NCBI GenBank assembly: GCA_963701855.1
Contig: CAVPBK010000006.1
Coordinates: 704,001-768,000, forward strand
Direction of reading: 5' to 3'
Source: Nitrospirota bacterium
GTDB taxonomy: Bacteria > Nitrospirota > Nitrospiria > Nitrospirales > Nitrospiraceae
Length of the DNA: 64,000 nucleotides
This document shows, one piece after another, positions 20,364-30,827 of this stretch. The notes under the pieces were generated by a model, which was not told where the DNA came from, did no database searches, and saw only the letters and a program-made list of their open reading frames with translations. The translations under genes were made by a program, and so were the position numbers. Numbering within the stretch: position 1 is the first letter of the stretch; each line of letters opens with the position of its first letter.

Positions 20364-20439
20364 TGGTGCGCCCGGAGGGACTTGAACCCCCAACCCTCGG
20401 ATCCGAAGTCCGGTACTCTATCCATTGAGCTACGGGCGC
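20364..20439 (-). tRNA. tRNA-Arg(TCG)
   Basis: 76-nt cloverleaf GCGCCCG...CGGGCGC-A-CCA, anticodon loop CT-TCG-GA, T-loop TTCAAGT. Confidence 0.95.
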
Positions 20440-20527
20440 TCTCAGCTATTTCAAACACCTCGAAGAAGGCTTTGTCAAATATGGGACAGGCTCATCCTAA
20501 CGTGACAGGGGCAATGATCGAGCATGC

Positions 20528-21028
20528 TCACACCAACGTGAGTATGGCCTCAACCAATTGAATAATTGATCGACTGTCGGTCGTGATGATATGATTTGCG
20601 GCCGCTTGATATTTCGGCGTTCGCTCCTGCAATACATCCTCGATTTCATCGATGAACGACTTGCTCCCCATCAGCGAGGGGCGCTGATTATCCCCACCGA
20701 TTCGTTTCTTGATGGTCCCGACGGAAGCCTCCAGCCAAAACAATGTGCCATTCTTGTTCAATGCTTCGACATTCTGCGCACGAAGTATAGCCCCGCCGCC
20801 AGTATCGATCACGAGCTGATCACGGCTGGCAAGTTCCCTGCAGATATCGGACTCTAGGTTGCGAAAATATTCCCATCCCTCTTGGGCGACAATCTCCGGA
20901 ATCGTACGATGAGCACGCTTGACGATTTCTGCATCGGTTGACACGAGCTCTCGCCCCAATCGCGCCGCAAGCAGCCTGCCTACCGAACTCTTGCCAGTCC
21001 CCCGATAGCCAATCAGCACGATGTTCAT
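20528..21028 (-). CDS. aroK: shikimate kinase
   Basis: IVLIGYRGTGKS P-loop, TGGG, RPSL. Confidence 0.95.
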   Translation of the reverse strand: MNIVLIGYRGTGKSSVGRLLAARLGRELVSTDAEIVKRAHRTIPEIVAQEGWEYFRNLESDICRELASRDQLVIDTGGGAILRAQNVEALNKNGTLFWLEASVGTIKKRIGGDNQRPSLMGSKSFIDEIEDVLQERTPKYQAAANHIITTDSRSIIQLVEAILTLV

Positions 21029-21879
21029 GAGAGGCGGGACTCCAGGACGGCGCGCATGACGTCGGTTGGAGCAGCCTGATTGGTCCAAAGCTCGAACTGT
21101 GCTGAGGCTTGATGAAGAAACATCTCGATCCCTGGAATGACACGACAACCTGCCACCTTGGCATCCTTCAGCAACCGGGTATCCCGAGGGTTGTAGACGA
21201 TGTCCATGACCGTCAGTCCCGTATGGAGCAGCGTCGCAGGTACAGAGGTCTCGTGTACTTTTGGCGACATACCTATCGGTGTGCAATGGATCAACACATG
21301 AGCATCCGGAAGAACCTTTTGCAACATACCATCATCAAGAGGCGATTCCTCTACGGTCATCCCTGTCTTTGACCGAAGATCCTGGGCTAAGGCTGCGCGT
21401 TCCTGCTCATCGATTCCTAGTATAGTCAAGTGCTCGACCTCAGGCTCTGTCCCTAGCGCAAAAGCAATTGCGCGGGCGGCGCCTCCGGATCCGAGCATGA
21501 CCACTCGTTGTCCTTTCAAGGCCACGCCACCCTCACGAAACGCTCGTAAAGCACCGATCGCGTCGGTGTTATACCCTATGAGGGTCCCACCCACAGCCAC
21601 AATAGTGTTGATCGCGCCGATATGACGTGCGGTCGGTTCGATAGAGTCAAGAAACGGAACAGCCGCCACCTTGTGGGGAATGGTCACACTAGCACCACGA
21701 AAGTTTCCAAGGACGCGAAAACCCTTGATCGCATCGCCAATCACTTCCACGCGGAACGCCAGATACACGAAGTTCAGCCCGAGTTTCTGAAACGCGGCAT
21801 TGTGAATCGCGGGTGAGAGCGAGTGCTCGACAGGATTGCCGATGACGCCGCAGAACTGAGTATGTGCATTGATGTCCAT
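21025..21879 (-). CDS. aroE: shikimate dehydrogenase
   Basis: GNPVEHSLSP, SVTIPHK, GYNTD, GSGGAARA. Confidence 0.96.
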   Translation of the reverse strand: MDINAHTQFCGVIGNPVEHSLSPAIHNAAFQKLGLNFVYLAFRVEVIGDAIKGFRVLGNFRGASVTIPHKVAAVPFLDSIEPTARHIGAINTIVAVGGTLIGYNTDAIGALRAFREGGVALKGQRVVMLGSGGAARAIAFALGTEPEVEHLTILGIDEQERAALAQDLRSKTGMTVEESPLDDGMLQKVLPDAHVLIHCTPIGMSPKVHETSVPATLLHTGLTVMDIVYNPRDTRLLKDAKVAGCRVIPGIEMFLHQASAQFELWTNQAAPTDVMRAVLESRLS

Positions 21880-21976
21880 AGATTCGTGAAATCGTGATTG
21901 CTGTTGGCCTTCGGACCAACTGACAGGCACCCATCACCGCAACGGTGCCCCCCCACCATTCGCAGGGAACACCCGC

Positions 21977-22732
21977 TCACGAGATGGTCATCCCTCCATC
22001 GATAGGAAAAGTCCCGCCCGTGACCCAGGCCGCTTCATCGGAGGCTAGATAGAGAACCATATTGGCCACTTCTTCTGGTTTCCCGGCTCGGCGGATAGGA
22101 TAGTGCGAGAGAATAGGGTCCAGTTGTTCGGGGTTGCTCATCAGCGGAGCCGCCATTGGCGTATCAATGAGTCCAGGATTCACTACGTTGCAGCGAATGC
22201 CTTCTTTGGCGTAGTCGATCGCGAGGGCTCTGGTCAAGGCATCGAGTGCCCCCTTGGAGGCTGCATAGGCAGGCAATGTGGGAAGCCCGACCAGGCTCGC
22301 GATGGAAGAGATATTGACGATCGCTCCCTTCCCCTGCTTTAACATCTGCGGCAAGACGGCTCGCGTCATGCGGAACACCCCGGTCAAGTTGACATCAAAG
22401 ATCTGCGCCCAAGTTGCATCATCGATCTCATGCAGGCGCTTCCCAAAGTCCCCTACTCCGGCATTATTGACGAGGATATCGAGTTGTCCGAACTGCTGTA
22501 TAGCCCGACGCACCGTCTCCTGGACATGGGGTTCATCTGTGACAGATCCGGCGACTGCAAAGGCCTTGCCCTGCGCCTTCACGATATCATTCACGACTCG
22601 GTCCAGTTCCCCTTGCCGTCTTCCCGTAATCACGACCGATGCCCCTTCGCGCACAAAGGCTTTCGCAATCGCTTCACCAATACCCGCGTTGCCTCCTGTG
22701 ATGACCGCGACCTTCCCACTCAACCGATTCAT
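21977..22732 (-). CDS. short-chain dehydrogenase/reductase
   Basis: TGGNAGIG, NNAG, YAASK. Confidence 0.95.
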   Translation of the reverse strand: MNRLSGKVAVITGGNAGIGEAIAKAFVREGASVVITGRRQGELDRVVNDIVKAQGKAFAVAGSVTDEPHVQETVRRAIQQFGQLDILVNNAGVGDFGKRLHEIDDATWAQIFDVNLTGVFRMTRAVLPQMLKQGKGAIVNISSIASLVGLPTLPAYAASKGALDALTRALAIDYAKEGIRCNVVNPGLIDTPMAAPLMSNPEQLDPILSHYPIRRAGKPEEVANMVLYLASDEAAWVTGGTFPIDGGMTIS

Positions 22733-23598
22733 CGCGCGTGATCCTCTCGTTCTTCGTGAACATCAGCGGCCTCACCGACAGACTCAGCAGCGTGAGATGC
22801 GGGCCACAAGCCAGATTCAATTTTCCTGGCCACCGTAATGAAACCTGAATGGGCAATCATTCGATGATCCGGCCGTACGCTCCGGCCCCGAATCGACCAG
22901 GTCCTCAACAACGTTTCAAATGTTTCGACCATACCAAAAACCATCGCTCGCTCAAGGGCCTCAACCGTCTGCACCACTTGGGGGACGGTCGGAACAAAGC
23001 TCAAATAGATGCCGCCAGAACGAAGCACCTGTGCGGCATGCGGCACTACCTGCCAGGGCTCAGGAAGATCGAGGACGAGACGATCGAAGGGCAAACCATC
23101 TTCAAGCAGGCTGACACCCTCGTACGCGTTCCGACGAAGCGGGATGAGATTTGGCACCGGACCCATATACCGTTCAATGTTCGTCATTGCCGTTCGCGAG
23201 AAATCCTCACGAGCTTCGTATGTCACCACCAACCCTCGCGGGCCCACGGCACGCAAAAGGGCCATCGTCAATGCTCCAGAGCCAGTCCCCGCTTCGAACA
23301 CGCGCGCGCCAGGGTAGACATCCGCCCACATGGGAATGAGCGCAAGATCCTTCGGATACAACACCTGCGCACCACGCGGCATCTTCAACACATAGTCGCC
23401 GAACGTGGGTCGAAGCGCCAACATCGTTTTGTTTCCGGAAAGCATGGCTAACGATCCATCAGGCTTTCCGATGAGGTCGTCGTGGGCAATTTTATGACCG
23501 CTCAATTGGTAAAAATCTCCTGCTTTCAAGGTCAGGGCATACTGCCGCCATTTTTTGTCGACGAGATGGATACGCTCGCCTGATTGAAAGTATGACAT
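22729..23598 (-). CDS. trmI: tRNA (adenine(58)-N1)-methyltransferase
   Basis: MPRGAQVLYPKD, EAGTGSG, LDLPEPW, HSGF. Confidence 0.92.
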   Translation of the reverse strand: MSYFQSGERIHLVDKKWRQYALTLKAGDFYQLSGHKIAHDDLIGKPDGSLAMLSGNKTMLALRPTFGDYVLKMPRGAQVLYPKDLALIPMWADVYPGARVFEAGTGSGALTMALLRAVGPRGLVVTYEAREDFSRTAMTNIERYMGPVPNLIPLRRNAYEGVSLLEDGLPFDRLVLDLPEPWQVVPHAAQVLRSGGIYLSFVPTVPQVVQTVEALERAMVFGMVETFETLLRTWSIRGRSVRPDHRMIAHSGFITVARKIESGLWPASHAAESVGEAADVHEEREDHAR

Positions 23599-24062
23599 CG
23601 GAATCCATTCTAGAAGTGCCGTGCCAAGTTTTCAACAAGACAACAACCGCGAGACGGATTTCTTGACTTCTCCCACAGATCTTCTTGGAGAGCCGATTCC
23701 TTCGATACGATCATCCATTGTAAAAAACTAGCCTAGAGAATAGATGTGGCAATTAAGTCTATTGCTCTAGGCCCCCCCTGCACACCTGCAGCAAGGTTGC
23801 CTCACACTCTCTCAACCCCCTTCATTAGATCACGCTAATAGTGCTGTCTTTTCGCAGTGATCACGATCCGCCGTTCTCATAAACGATCCAGCACAGGATT
23901 TGCTGCGTAGAGAGATAGTGGAACAACTTGGCAGTACAGAGCCCAGCATGAATCGTTTAGCAAATAGCTGTCTCTCACAGACTAGAGCAAAAAAACTTAA
24001 GTGTGTTGAGAGCACGACCATGAGAAGTACAACATCTGGTACGCAGAAGGAGGGGCGACAAC

Positions 24063-25319
24063 ATGAAAAAGAGCCTATTCCCAACCCCTGAACCGGAAGA
24101 GCTTGTCACAATTACAAAGGACGTTGATGAGGACGATTCCGAGGCGAGCGGCCTCTTAGATGTGATCGGCCGAGATACATCCGAAGAGGAACAACCTGAG
24201 GAGCCGACAAAGTCGGTGACTCGTACCGCCGTGAGCGGCGGCCCATTCATGTTGGAATCACTCTACTTTCGCTCCTTCGGCGAACGCGCCCTATTGACCA
24301 GGGAAGAAGAAGTCAATTTGGCGAAGAAGATCGATGACGGAACAAGCACCATTCGGAAGGCCTTACGCGACGCCATACGAGTCTTCCCTCGGCTCAAGCG
24401 TACGGACTCGGTGCTCGAGGCACAACACACACTCCAGGTGGTCAGAGGTTTGAGTGGACTCTCAGCCACTGCGATCGATAAGGCCGAGCAGAGTCTCACC
24501 GAGATAATCGAGCAGGGAACGGGGCAGCAGAAGCTTCCGATTGCCATTGCTAAGCAGCTCAAGGAAGGGTTGACCACCCTCCGTTCCGCTCGGATCGTGC
24601 TTGAACGGGCAAAGGACGAATTGGTTCGCTGTAACTTGCGGCTTGTTGTGGATGTCGCAAAACATTACACGGGCCGTGGCCTAACTTTGCTGGATCTCGT
24701 GCAAGAAGGAAATATCGGGTTGATGAAAGCAGCCGAGCGCTATCAATACCGCAAAGGATTCAAGTTCAGCACCTATGCAACCTGGTGGATTCGTCAAGGC
24801 ATCACGCGAGCGCTGGCGGATCAATCAAGGACCATTCGCATTCCAGTTCACCAAACTGAAGCTTCGCACCGCATCCTCCGCGTGACCAAACGGCTCGGGC
24901 AACAGCTGGGCCGTCCGGCTCGACTCGAAGAAGTGGCTCAGGTGCTACGAATGAGATCGGAGCGACTCCACGAAACCGTGCAGGCCTTTCAAGAGCCGGT
25001 CGCCTTGGAGAAGCCAGTGGGTGATGGAAGCACAGAACTCGGGGAGCTGCTCCCCGATCTGCAAGCCGTCCCACCCGATGCCCATGTGCACCGGATGGAA
25101 ATGTCGCACCAACTGGAACGCATTCTCTGCACACTCACGCCCCGAGAGCAAACCGTTATCCGACTGCGCTTCGGTATCGGCCACGATCAGGCCTGCACGC
25201 TGGAACAGGTAGGACAGAGCCTCTCGGTGACAAGGGAACGGATTCGCCAGATCGAAGCAAAAGCGCTCAAGAAGTTGAAGACCCCCCAGATTAAGGAAAT
25301 GTTTGCCGCTATCCAGTAA
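24063..25319 (+). CDS. sigma-70 family (RpoD/RpoS-like) sigma factor
   Basis: NLRLVV, DLVQEGNIGLMKA, FSTYATWWIRQ, TRERIRQIE; no region 1.1. Confidence 0.95.
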   Translation: MKKSLFPTPEPEELVTITKDVDEDDSEASGLLDVIGRDTSEEEQPEEPTKSVTRTAVSGGPFMLESLYFRSFGERALLTREEEVNLAKKIDDGTSTIRKALRDAIRVFPRLKRTDSVLEAQHTLQVVRGLSGLSATAIDKAEQSLTEIIEQGTGQQKLPIAIAKQLKEGLTTLRSARIVLERAKDELVRCNLRLVVDVAKHYTGRGLTLLDLVQEGNIGLMKAAERYQYRKGFKFSTYATWWIRQGITRALADQSRTIRIPVHQTEASHRILRVTKRLGQQLGRPARLEEVAQVLRMRSERLHETVQAFQEPVALEKPVGDGSTELGELLPDLQAVPPDAHVHRMEMSHQLERILCTLTPREQTVIRLRFGIGHDQACTLEQVGQSLSVTRERIRQIEAKALKKLKTPQIKEMFAAIQ

Positions 25320-25436
25320 GTCATAGACTCGTGGAACAGAAAAGGTCGAGGCCGAACCTTGCATCTTTTCTTTCTACGGCTTTTACCCTGAGAGCACTTG
25401 TGCGACAATGAGGCCAAATCGAGTAGACGAGGCCCC

Positions 25437-25853
25437 ATGACGAGTGTGCGTACAACACAGAAGAGCTCTCTCAGCTTTCGCTTCTTCACTATTCCATTCC
25501 TTCTCATCATCACCCTGGCACTGAATACTACGACGATCGCCCATGCTGAATCGACGTTTGGATCGGCCCCCTCTGACGAAAAATCTCTGCCGGCATACTC
25601 GGTGGTCACCATTCTCATGCGCGACATGACGACAACTCCTGCGCAAGCCCCATCGAGGTCAGTGGCCGGTGTCGGAGGCGCCTTGCAGCAGTATCACCCC
25701 GTCGGCCAATGTCAGATTGACGATCCTGGAGACCGTTGGCACTCCCTCTTCCCTTCCGGAAACCAGCTAACACTGCAACTGACCATTCAGAGAAAGAACG
25801 CCCAGTCCACGATCTCGCTTCAAAATCCGCTGCTGCTAAAGGCTGTCCTGTGA
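25437..25853 (+). CDS. putative exported protein
   Basis: Signal peptide ending AHA; stop overlaps the lipB GTG. Confidence 0.55.
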   Translation: MTSVRTTQKSSLSFRFFTIPFLLIITLALNTTTIAHAESTFGSAPSDEKSLPAYSVVTILMRDMTTTPAQAPSRSVAGVGGALQQYHPVGQCQIDDPGDRWHSLFPSGNQLTLQLTIQRKNAQSTISLQNPLLLKAVL

Positions 25854-26656
25854 ATTACGACGATGGGTCACACCTAGACCATGATTTCCTCGGGCAGGGA
25901 AGTGGACCTCTCCCGACGCTTACCTCGCATGCTGGTACGCTCGTCCGGTTTTCGCAACCTGTTCCCTATGTCGAAGCCTGGGCGCTTCAGAAACAGCTAC
26001 AGGAAGAACGAATTGCAGGGAGGCAAGGGGATACGTTGTTGCTCCTTGAGCACTCGCCAGTCTATACCCTGGGCCGTACCACCCAACCATCACATTGGGG
26101 CTGCGGGGAAGAGGTTCTCCGCCGAACAGGCGCCAGCCTCCAATCCGTAGATCGTGGCGGCTCGATTACCTACCATGGACCTGGACAAGTCGTGGGTTAT
26201 CCCATCCTCAAGCTGTCACAGTATTGCTCAGGACCGAAACAGTATGTACGGAAATTAGAGGAGGTTTTGATCCTTACACTCTTGCGATGGGGAATTGAAG
26301 GCTATCGCATTGAGAGGAAACCTGGCGTCTGGGTACACTGGAGTAATGTTGATGCGAAGATTGCTGCGATCGGAGTCCGGATCGATCATGGGGTCACGAT
26401 TCATGGATTTGCGCTCAACGTCGATATGGATCTCTTCCCTTTTTCCCACATCCTGCCCTGTGGCCTGATCCAGTGCCAAATTACATCCATGGCGGAGATC
26501 CTGCAGTCAGCCCTGTCGCCCTCAGTGGTCGCGCAACAGGTAGCGAAGGAGTTCGAACGAACGTTTAATATTCAATGGATGAGCTTCCCTCCCGACAACA
26601 TTGGGCAGAGACACCATGATCATCCCCTCACATCGACATCTCCGCTTCACACCTGA
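25850..26656 (+). CDS. lipB: lipoyl(octanoyl) transferase
   Basis: LEHSPVYTLG, RGGSITYHGPGQ, KIAAIG, HGFALN, PCG. Confidence 0.95.
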   Translation: MNYDDGSHLDHDFLGQGSGPLPTLTSHAGTLVRFSQPVPYVEAWALQKQLQEERIAGRQGDTLLLLEHSPVYTLGRTTQPSHWGCGEEVLRRTGASLQSVDRGGSITYHGPGQVVGYPILKLSQYCSGPKQYVRKLEEVLILTLLRWGIEGYRIERKPGVWVHWSNVDAKIAAIGVRIDHGVTIHGFALNVDMDLFPFSHILPCGLIQCQITSMAEILQSALSPSVVAQQVAKEFERTFNIQWMSFPPDNIGQRHHDHPLTSTSPLHT

Positions 26657-26671
26657 CCAAGGGAACACACA

Positions 26672-27928
26672 ATGCACGAACTCGACACACCGACTTTTCG
26701 ACTAGCCGTTGCACAGTTTGATCAAGCGGCTGAAGCCATGGAGCTTGATCATAATTTACGCGAGCGGCTCAAACTTCCACAGCGGTCGCTGATAGTCAGC
26801 CTGCCTGTCAGGATGGATGACGGTCGGGTCGAAGTTTATACCGGCTATCGTGTGCAACACGATTCTTCCCGCGGCCCCACGAAAGGCGGCATTCGCTATC
26901 ATCCGGACGTGAATCTTGGGGAGGTTGCAGCCCTGGCCATGTGGATGACCTGGAAATGCGCCTTAGCCGACCTACCCTACGGCGGAGCCAAGGGCGGAGT
27001 GGCAATCGCCCCCAAACAGTTTTCGCAGCCGGAGTTACAACGATTGACCAGGCGCTATGCAGCGGAAATATTCCCGCTAATCGGGCCAGACAAAGACGTG
27101 CCGGCCCCAGACGTCGGTACCGACGCCCAAGTGATGGCCTGGATTATGGATACATACAGTCAACAGATGGGATATTCGGTACCTGGCGTCGTCACAGGCA
27201 AGCCCTTATCGATTGGAGGAAGTCTCGGGCGTGAGGAAGCTACAGGCCGCGGAGTGGTCTATGTCACCATAGAAGCGTTTCGCCACCTCAAGCTCGACAT
27301 TCGAAACGCAACCGTGGCCATACAGGGGTTCGGTAACGTCGGGGCCCATACCGCCCGCATCATGCGAGAATGTGGCGCACGCGTTATCGCAGTGAGCGAC
27401 GTGCAGGGGGGCATTCACAATTCGAACGGTTTGGACATTCCTGAACTCCTTACTCGCTATAAGACCACGGGCCAATCCCTCCGCGACACCAAGCTAGGAG
27501 ACTGGCTCTCCAACGACGAATTACTGCAACTCGACTGCACCGTCCTGGTCCCCGCTGCGCTATCCGAACAGATCACCGAACGCAATGCTGCCAAACTGCG
27601 CTGCCGGATTCTCGCCGAAGGCGCGAACGGTCCGACAACCCTGGAGGCCGACCGTATCCTGCAGGACCAAGGAGTCTTTATTATTCCAGACATCCTGGCC
27701 AACTCCGGTGGCGTCATCGTGTCCTACTTCGAGTGGGTGCAGGATGTACAACGATTTTTTTGGAAAGCCACTGACATTCAAGAGCGATTACAAGATATTC
27801 TGATCTCCGCTTTCAATCGAACATTAGAGTTTTCCGTTTCCAAAAAGACTTCTATGCGGATGGCCGCCTTGATGAGCGGGATCGATAAAGTGGCTCAAGC
27901 ACATCTCCATCGCGGGCTCTACCCGTGA
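26672..27928 (+). CDS. gdhA: Glu/Leu/Phe/Val dehydrogenase (glutamate dehydrogenase)
   Basis: KGGIRYHP, MTWK, GGAKGG, QGFGNVG, EGANGP. Confidence 0.93.
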   Translation: MHELDTPTFRLAVAQFDQAAEAMELDHNLRERLKLPQRSLIVSLPVRMDDGRVEVYTGYRVQHDSSRGPTKGGIRYHPDVNLGEVAALAMWMTWKCALADLPYGGAKGGVAIAPKQFSQPELQRLTRRYAAEIFPLIGPDKDVPAPDVGTDAQVMAWIMDTYSQQMGYSVPGVVTGKPLSIGGSLGREEATGRGVVYVTIEAFRHLKLDIRNATVAIQGFGNVGAHTARIMRECGARVIAVSDVQGGIHNSNGLDIPELLTRYKTTGQSLRDTKLGDWLSNDELLQLDCTVLVPAALSEQITERNAAKLRCRILAEGANGPTTLEADRILQDQGVFIIPDILANSGGVIVSYFEWVQDVQRFFWKATDIQERLQDILISAFNRTLEFSVSKKTSMRMAALMSGIDKVAQAHLHRGLYP

Positions 27929-28255
27929 GTTCCTAATGTCATGATGACGGGGGCGTACTCTCGAACTTTCTTGTTGAAGAACTATACGGTAGCCGTACTC
28001 ATAGGGGTTTGGCTGACAGACTCCATACCCATCCTCCAGGCCCCCTGCTACTTCATCGCGCAGGTTCGCAGGTTGATCACCGCAATCCCCTGCAGGAATT
28101 GCGGTGAGAACTTCTCGCAATCATCGAAGGCGTCTTCGTGCTCCTCGATTTCTACGAACTACCCGACCAATGACTCAGGAAAAAGGCTGCGGGCGGCATG
28201 AGCGCAACGGGGACTTTTTGTTAATCGAATTGCACACATGGCATGGGTCGATCAT
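27920..28255 (-). pseudogene. possible decayed small Cys-containing gene
   Basis: MIDPCHVCNSIN then, after a frameshift, a protein-like frame broken by three TAG codons. Confidence 0.3.
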
Positions 28256-28378
28256 TGATTGGTATGTCGGATGAAAAGACATCGACTACAGACTCTGGTG
28301 GCTTAATCTTCGCGCCCTTGCGGTTCTGTTGCTCCATGCGCTAGGGTGGATTGACTGGAGCTGAATCAGTCTGGATCG

Positions 28379-28687
28379 TTGGAGATCTGCGATATGGAGC
28401 GGGATGCCGTGCTGTCTCTCTGGGGAACCCACAAGGAGGAGCAATGGCCTCAAGTAGGAAACCACCACGAGGGGCCGTTGATGACACTGGATACGGTAAT
28501 CAGCGGATGCGTCGTGTATTTCCTTGATAGTCCTGAGGGGCTCGATGCCCAGCGGGTCAGGATCGTCGAAGATTGTGTTGCTGACCTGGATAACCTGACC
28601 AACGAGCTTGACGAAGACTGCCGGCCTTATTTTCAACGGCTCCGACACCTCGGAGCCCTCCTCATCGCCACCCATCACACTACCTAA
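28379..28687 (+). CDS. hypothetical protein
   Basis: 102-aa ORF with globular composition; start uncertain. Confidence 0.6.
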   Translation: MEICDMERDAVLSLWGTHKEEQWPQVGNHHEGPLMTLDTVISGCVVYFLDSPEGLDAQRVRIVEDCVADLDNLTNELDEDCRPYFQRLRHLGALLIATHHTT

Positions 28688-28849
28688 CCTATTCCATGTA
28701 AAAGCTGCTGATAATGGATTGGTCCGCCCCCATCACACGCATTCAACCGTTCTTGCAAGTTCTCAGGCCGTTCGATAAAATGTACCTGCACTGCATGAGC
28801 CCCACCAATTTCGCCAATAAATTTCACTGTCATACATCGTTCGGAACCC

Positions 28850-29401
28850 ATGGGTAAGGAAGAGTCGATGAAGTATGTACTGCGAGTCTTCACGCTAGCC
28901 TGCATGGTGACGGCCAGTGCCGCCGTATGGGTATCCTCTGGCTATAGCGAGCCCTACGAATTGAGCAGGAACGACGTGATGGACCCCAAAGCCTTGAAGA
29001 GTGTTGAGATTTCATTGTTTGGAGTCAAATTGGGAGACCCCGAAGCCAAAGCCCTGGACTCTCTTGTAAATGAGAAGATTCCTGGAGTAAAAGTGGAACA
29101 AGAAGCCTCGTTTATCTTCTTGCTTGACCAACGCAAGCCGACCGGTCCTATGGCTGGCGTCCGAATTCAGGACGGCAAGATCGACCTGATCTTTATCAAT
29201 AATCGATTCTCCTATAAAACGCGCGGCATCTTTCGCAACGTGTTGAATAGCGAAAGCCCCGATGACGTGCGAAAAATATTGGGGCAGGAAGAGTACGGGG
29301 ACGAAAACGTGATGGGCGCCATACTCGCGTACGACAAGCAGGGATTCGTCATCAACTATCTGGGGAAAGATGTCAATGTGGAATTTTCCCCAGCTCGGTA
29401 G
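28850..29401 (+). CDS. exported hypothetical protein
   Basis: Signal-peptide-like N-terminus, mixed alpha/beta body. Confidence 0.75.
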   Translation: MGKEESMKYVLRVFTLACMVTASAAVWVSSGYSEPYELSRNDVMDPKALKSVEISLFGVKLGDPEAKALDSLVNEKIPGVKVEQEASFIFLLDQRKPTGPMAGVRIQDGKIDLIFINNRFSYKTRGIFRNVLNSESPDDVRKILGQEEYGDENVMGAILAYDKQGFVINYLGKDVNVEFSPAR

Positions 29402-29664
29402 CGATACAAGTCTGATGTTCGCCCTCCACGCGTACTTGCCGGCCTCGATACTTCCCATTCTTCTTCCCGATTGCCGATGCAAATTCTTTCCCCTCCGTAT
29501 CTCCTCCTCTGTTTCCACATACCCTTACAAGGTCTATAGGTCTTCGCCATAGCTCACGAGAGGACCCGAACGGGCAGATCGCGGGTAGAGCCCTCAGGCT
29601 GAGACGCCCTTCTCGCCTCTGATTACATGCGTATCGACTTGATGAAAGCAGGGGAGAGTTAAAT

Positions 29665-30609
29665 TCAATGCGATGTTTCGGCTGCCTGTAGCCCGTAGGC
29701 AATAAGATTCGTCGCGGTGTTCCAGCGGCGCTTAGAGTTAAGGATTACGAGGAGAAGGTCGCTCCCGTTTTGGGAGACTTTGGCAATGAGACACCGGCCG
29801 GCCTTGGAGGTAAATCCAGTCTTGATTCCTTCAACGCCAGGGATACGCCCCAACAATCTGTTCGTATTGTGCAACACATACGCACGATGACCGTTGATAG
29901 GCGCAATGATCGCGCGCTCCTCACGGACCAATTGCCGAAAGATCGGCTGATCGAGGGCTATAACACTCAACGCGGCGAGATCTTCGGCCGTCGAGTAATG
30001 GTCCGGGTTGTCGAACCCGCAGCCATTACTGAAATGCGTATCAGACAAGCCGAGCGCCTCAGCCTTGGCATTCATGAGAGTCACGAACTGTGCTTCATCG
30101 CCACCCACATGCTCTACCGCTGCAAGACAGGCATCGTTCGCGGACACGATTAGCATGGCCTTCAGCAGATCTTCCAGTCTAAAAACCTGCCCTGCCTTCA
30201 CGCGCAAGTGCGTCTTGTGCGCCCGTGCGGCATTGGGACTGATCGTGACAAAGTCATCCAACTGACCCCTTTCAAGAATGACTAAGGCCGACATGATTTT
30301 TGTGAGACTAGCAGGGGACATTCGCTTCCCTGCATCGTGTTCATACAGCACCCGCCCACTATTGAGTTCCTTGAGAAGAATGCCATGGGCTGGAGAGACT
30401 CGCCACGGAGGGAACTGGCGTGAAGCAATCGCGGTCCGAACAGGAACAGATTGAACCGCGACCCCTTTCGCAAGGACCTTGGATGGCGTGAGGGACTCGG
30501 CGGCGATCAACAAGAGACCAATGAACACCCCGGCTGCGCAAGCAAGAAATGACGGACGACCTAATCTCCCGCCACCTCTTGTCATCATGAGGGCATCGCT
30601 CCTACTCAT
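29665..30609 (-). CDS. D-alanyl-D-alanine carboxypeptidase (peptidase S11)
   Basis: PASLTK (SxxK), SAN (SxN), KTG. Confidence 0.95.
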   Translation of the reverse strand: MSRSDALMMTRGGGRLGRPSFLACAAGVFIGLLLIAAESLTPSKVLAKGVAVQSVPVRTAIASRQFPPWRVSPAHGILLKELNSGRVLYEHDAGKRMSPASLTKIMSALVILERGQLDDFVTISPNAARAHKTHLRVKAGQVFRLEDLLKAMLIVSANDACLAAVEHVGGDEAQFVTLMNAKAEALGLSDTHFSNGCGFDNPDHYSTAEDLAALSVIALDQPIFRQLVREERAIIAPINGHRAYVLHNTNRLLGRIPGVEGIKTGFTSKAGRCLIAKVSQNGSDLLLVILNSKRRWNTATNLIAYGLQAAETSH

Positions 30610-30794
30610 AGTGTATACGATTCCCGCACCTTCCCTCCACGAAACCCGCTGTCAATCACTTTGTGGAAAAAACGGAGCAGATCGGCAAGATCGATCCAAA
30701 ACCCGCAATTCAAACAGCGGGCATAGAGCCGCCGATTCACCAGCGTATAGTGACGTTCAACCATCATGAAACCGTTACATCTCAAACAGTGCAT
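30606..30794 (-). CDS. small zinc-ribbon-like protein
   Basis: CLRC...CLNCG; 4-bp overlap with the downstream peptidase gene. Confidence 0.65.
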   Translation of the reverse strand: MHCLRCNGFMMVERHYTLVNRRLYARCLNCGFWIDLADLLRFFHKVIDSGFRGGKVRESYTL

Positions 30795-30827
30795 TGACGC
30801 GTCTATCTTCAGTTTCTGTGTCTGTGC

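Larger units (their letters stand above)
9819..20401. mobile_element. degenerate genomic island integrated in tRNA-Arg(TCG)
   Basis: Bounded by the 38-bp direct repeat of the tRNA 3' half; contains IS remnants, gene fragments and accessory genes; no intact integrase seen. Confidence 0.88.

Noticed and set aside
23611..23627. Sigma-54-like TTGGCACG upstream of trmI
   Set aside because: The -12 element reads TTCT rather than TTGC
27920..28255. Three in-frame TAG codons as amber recoding
   Set aside because: TAG is a normal stop elsewhere in the window (cysD, mtnD) and the frame also needs a frameshift; ordinary decay fits better
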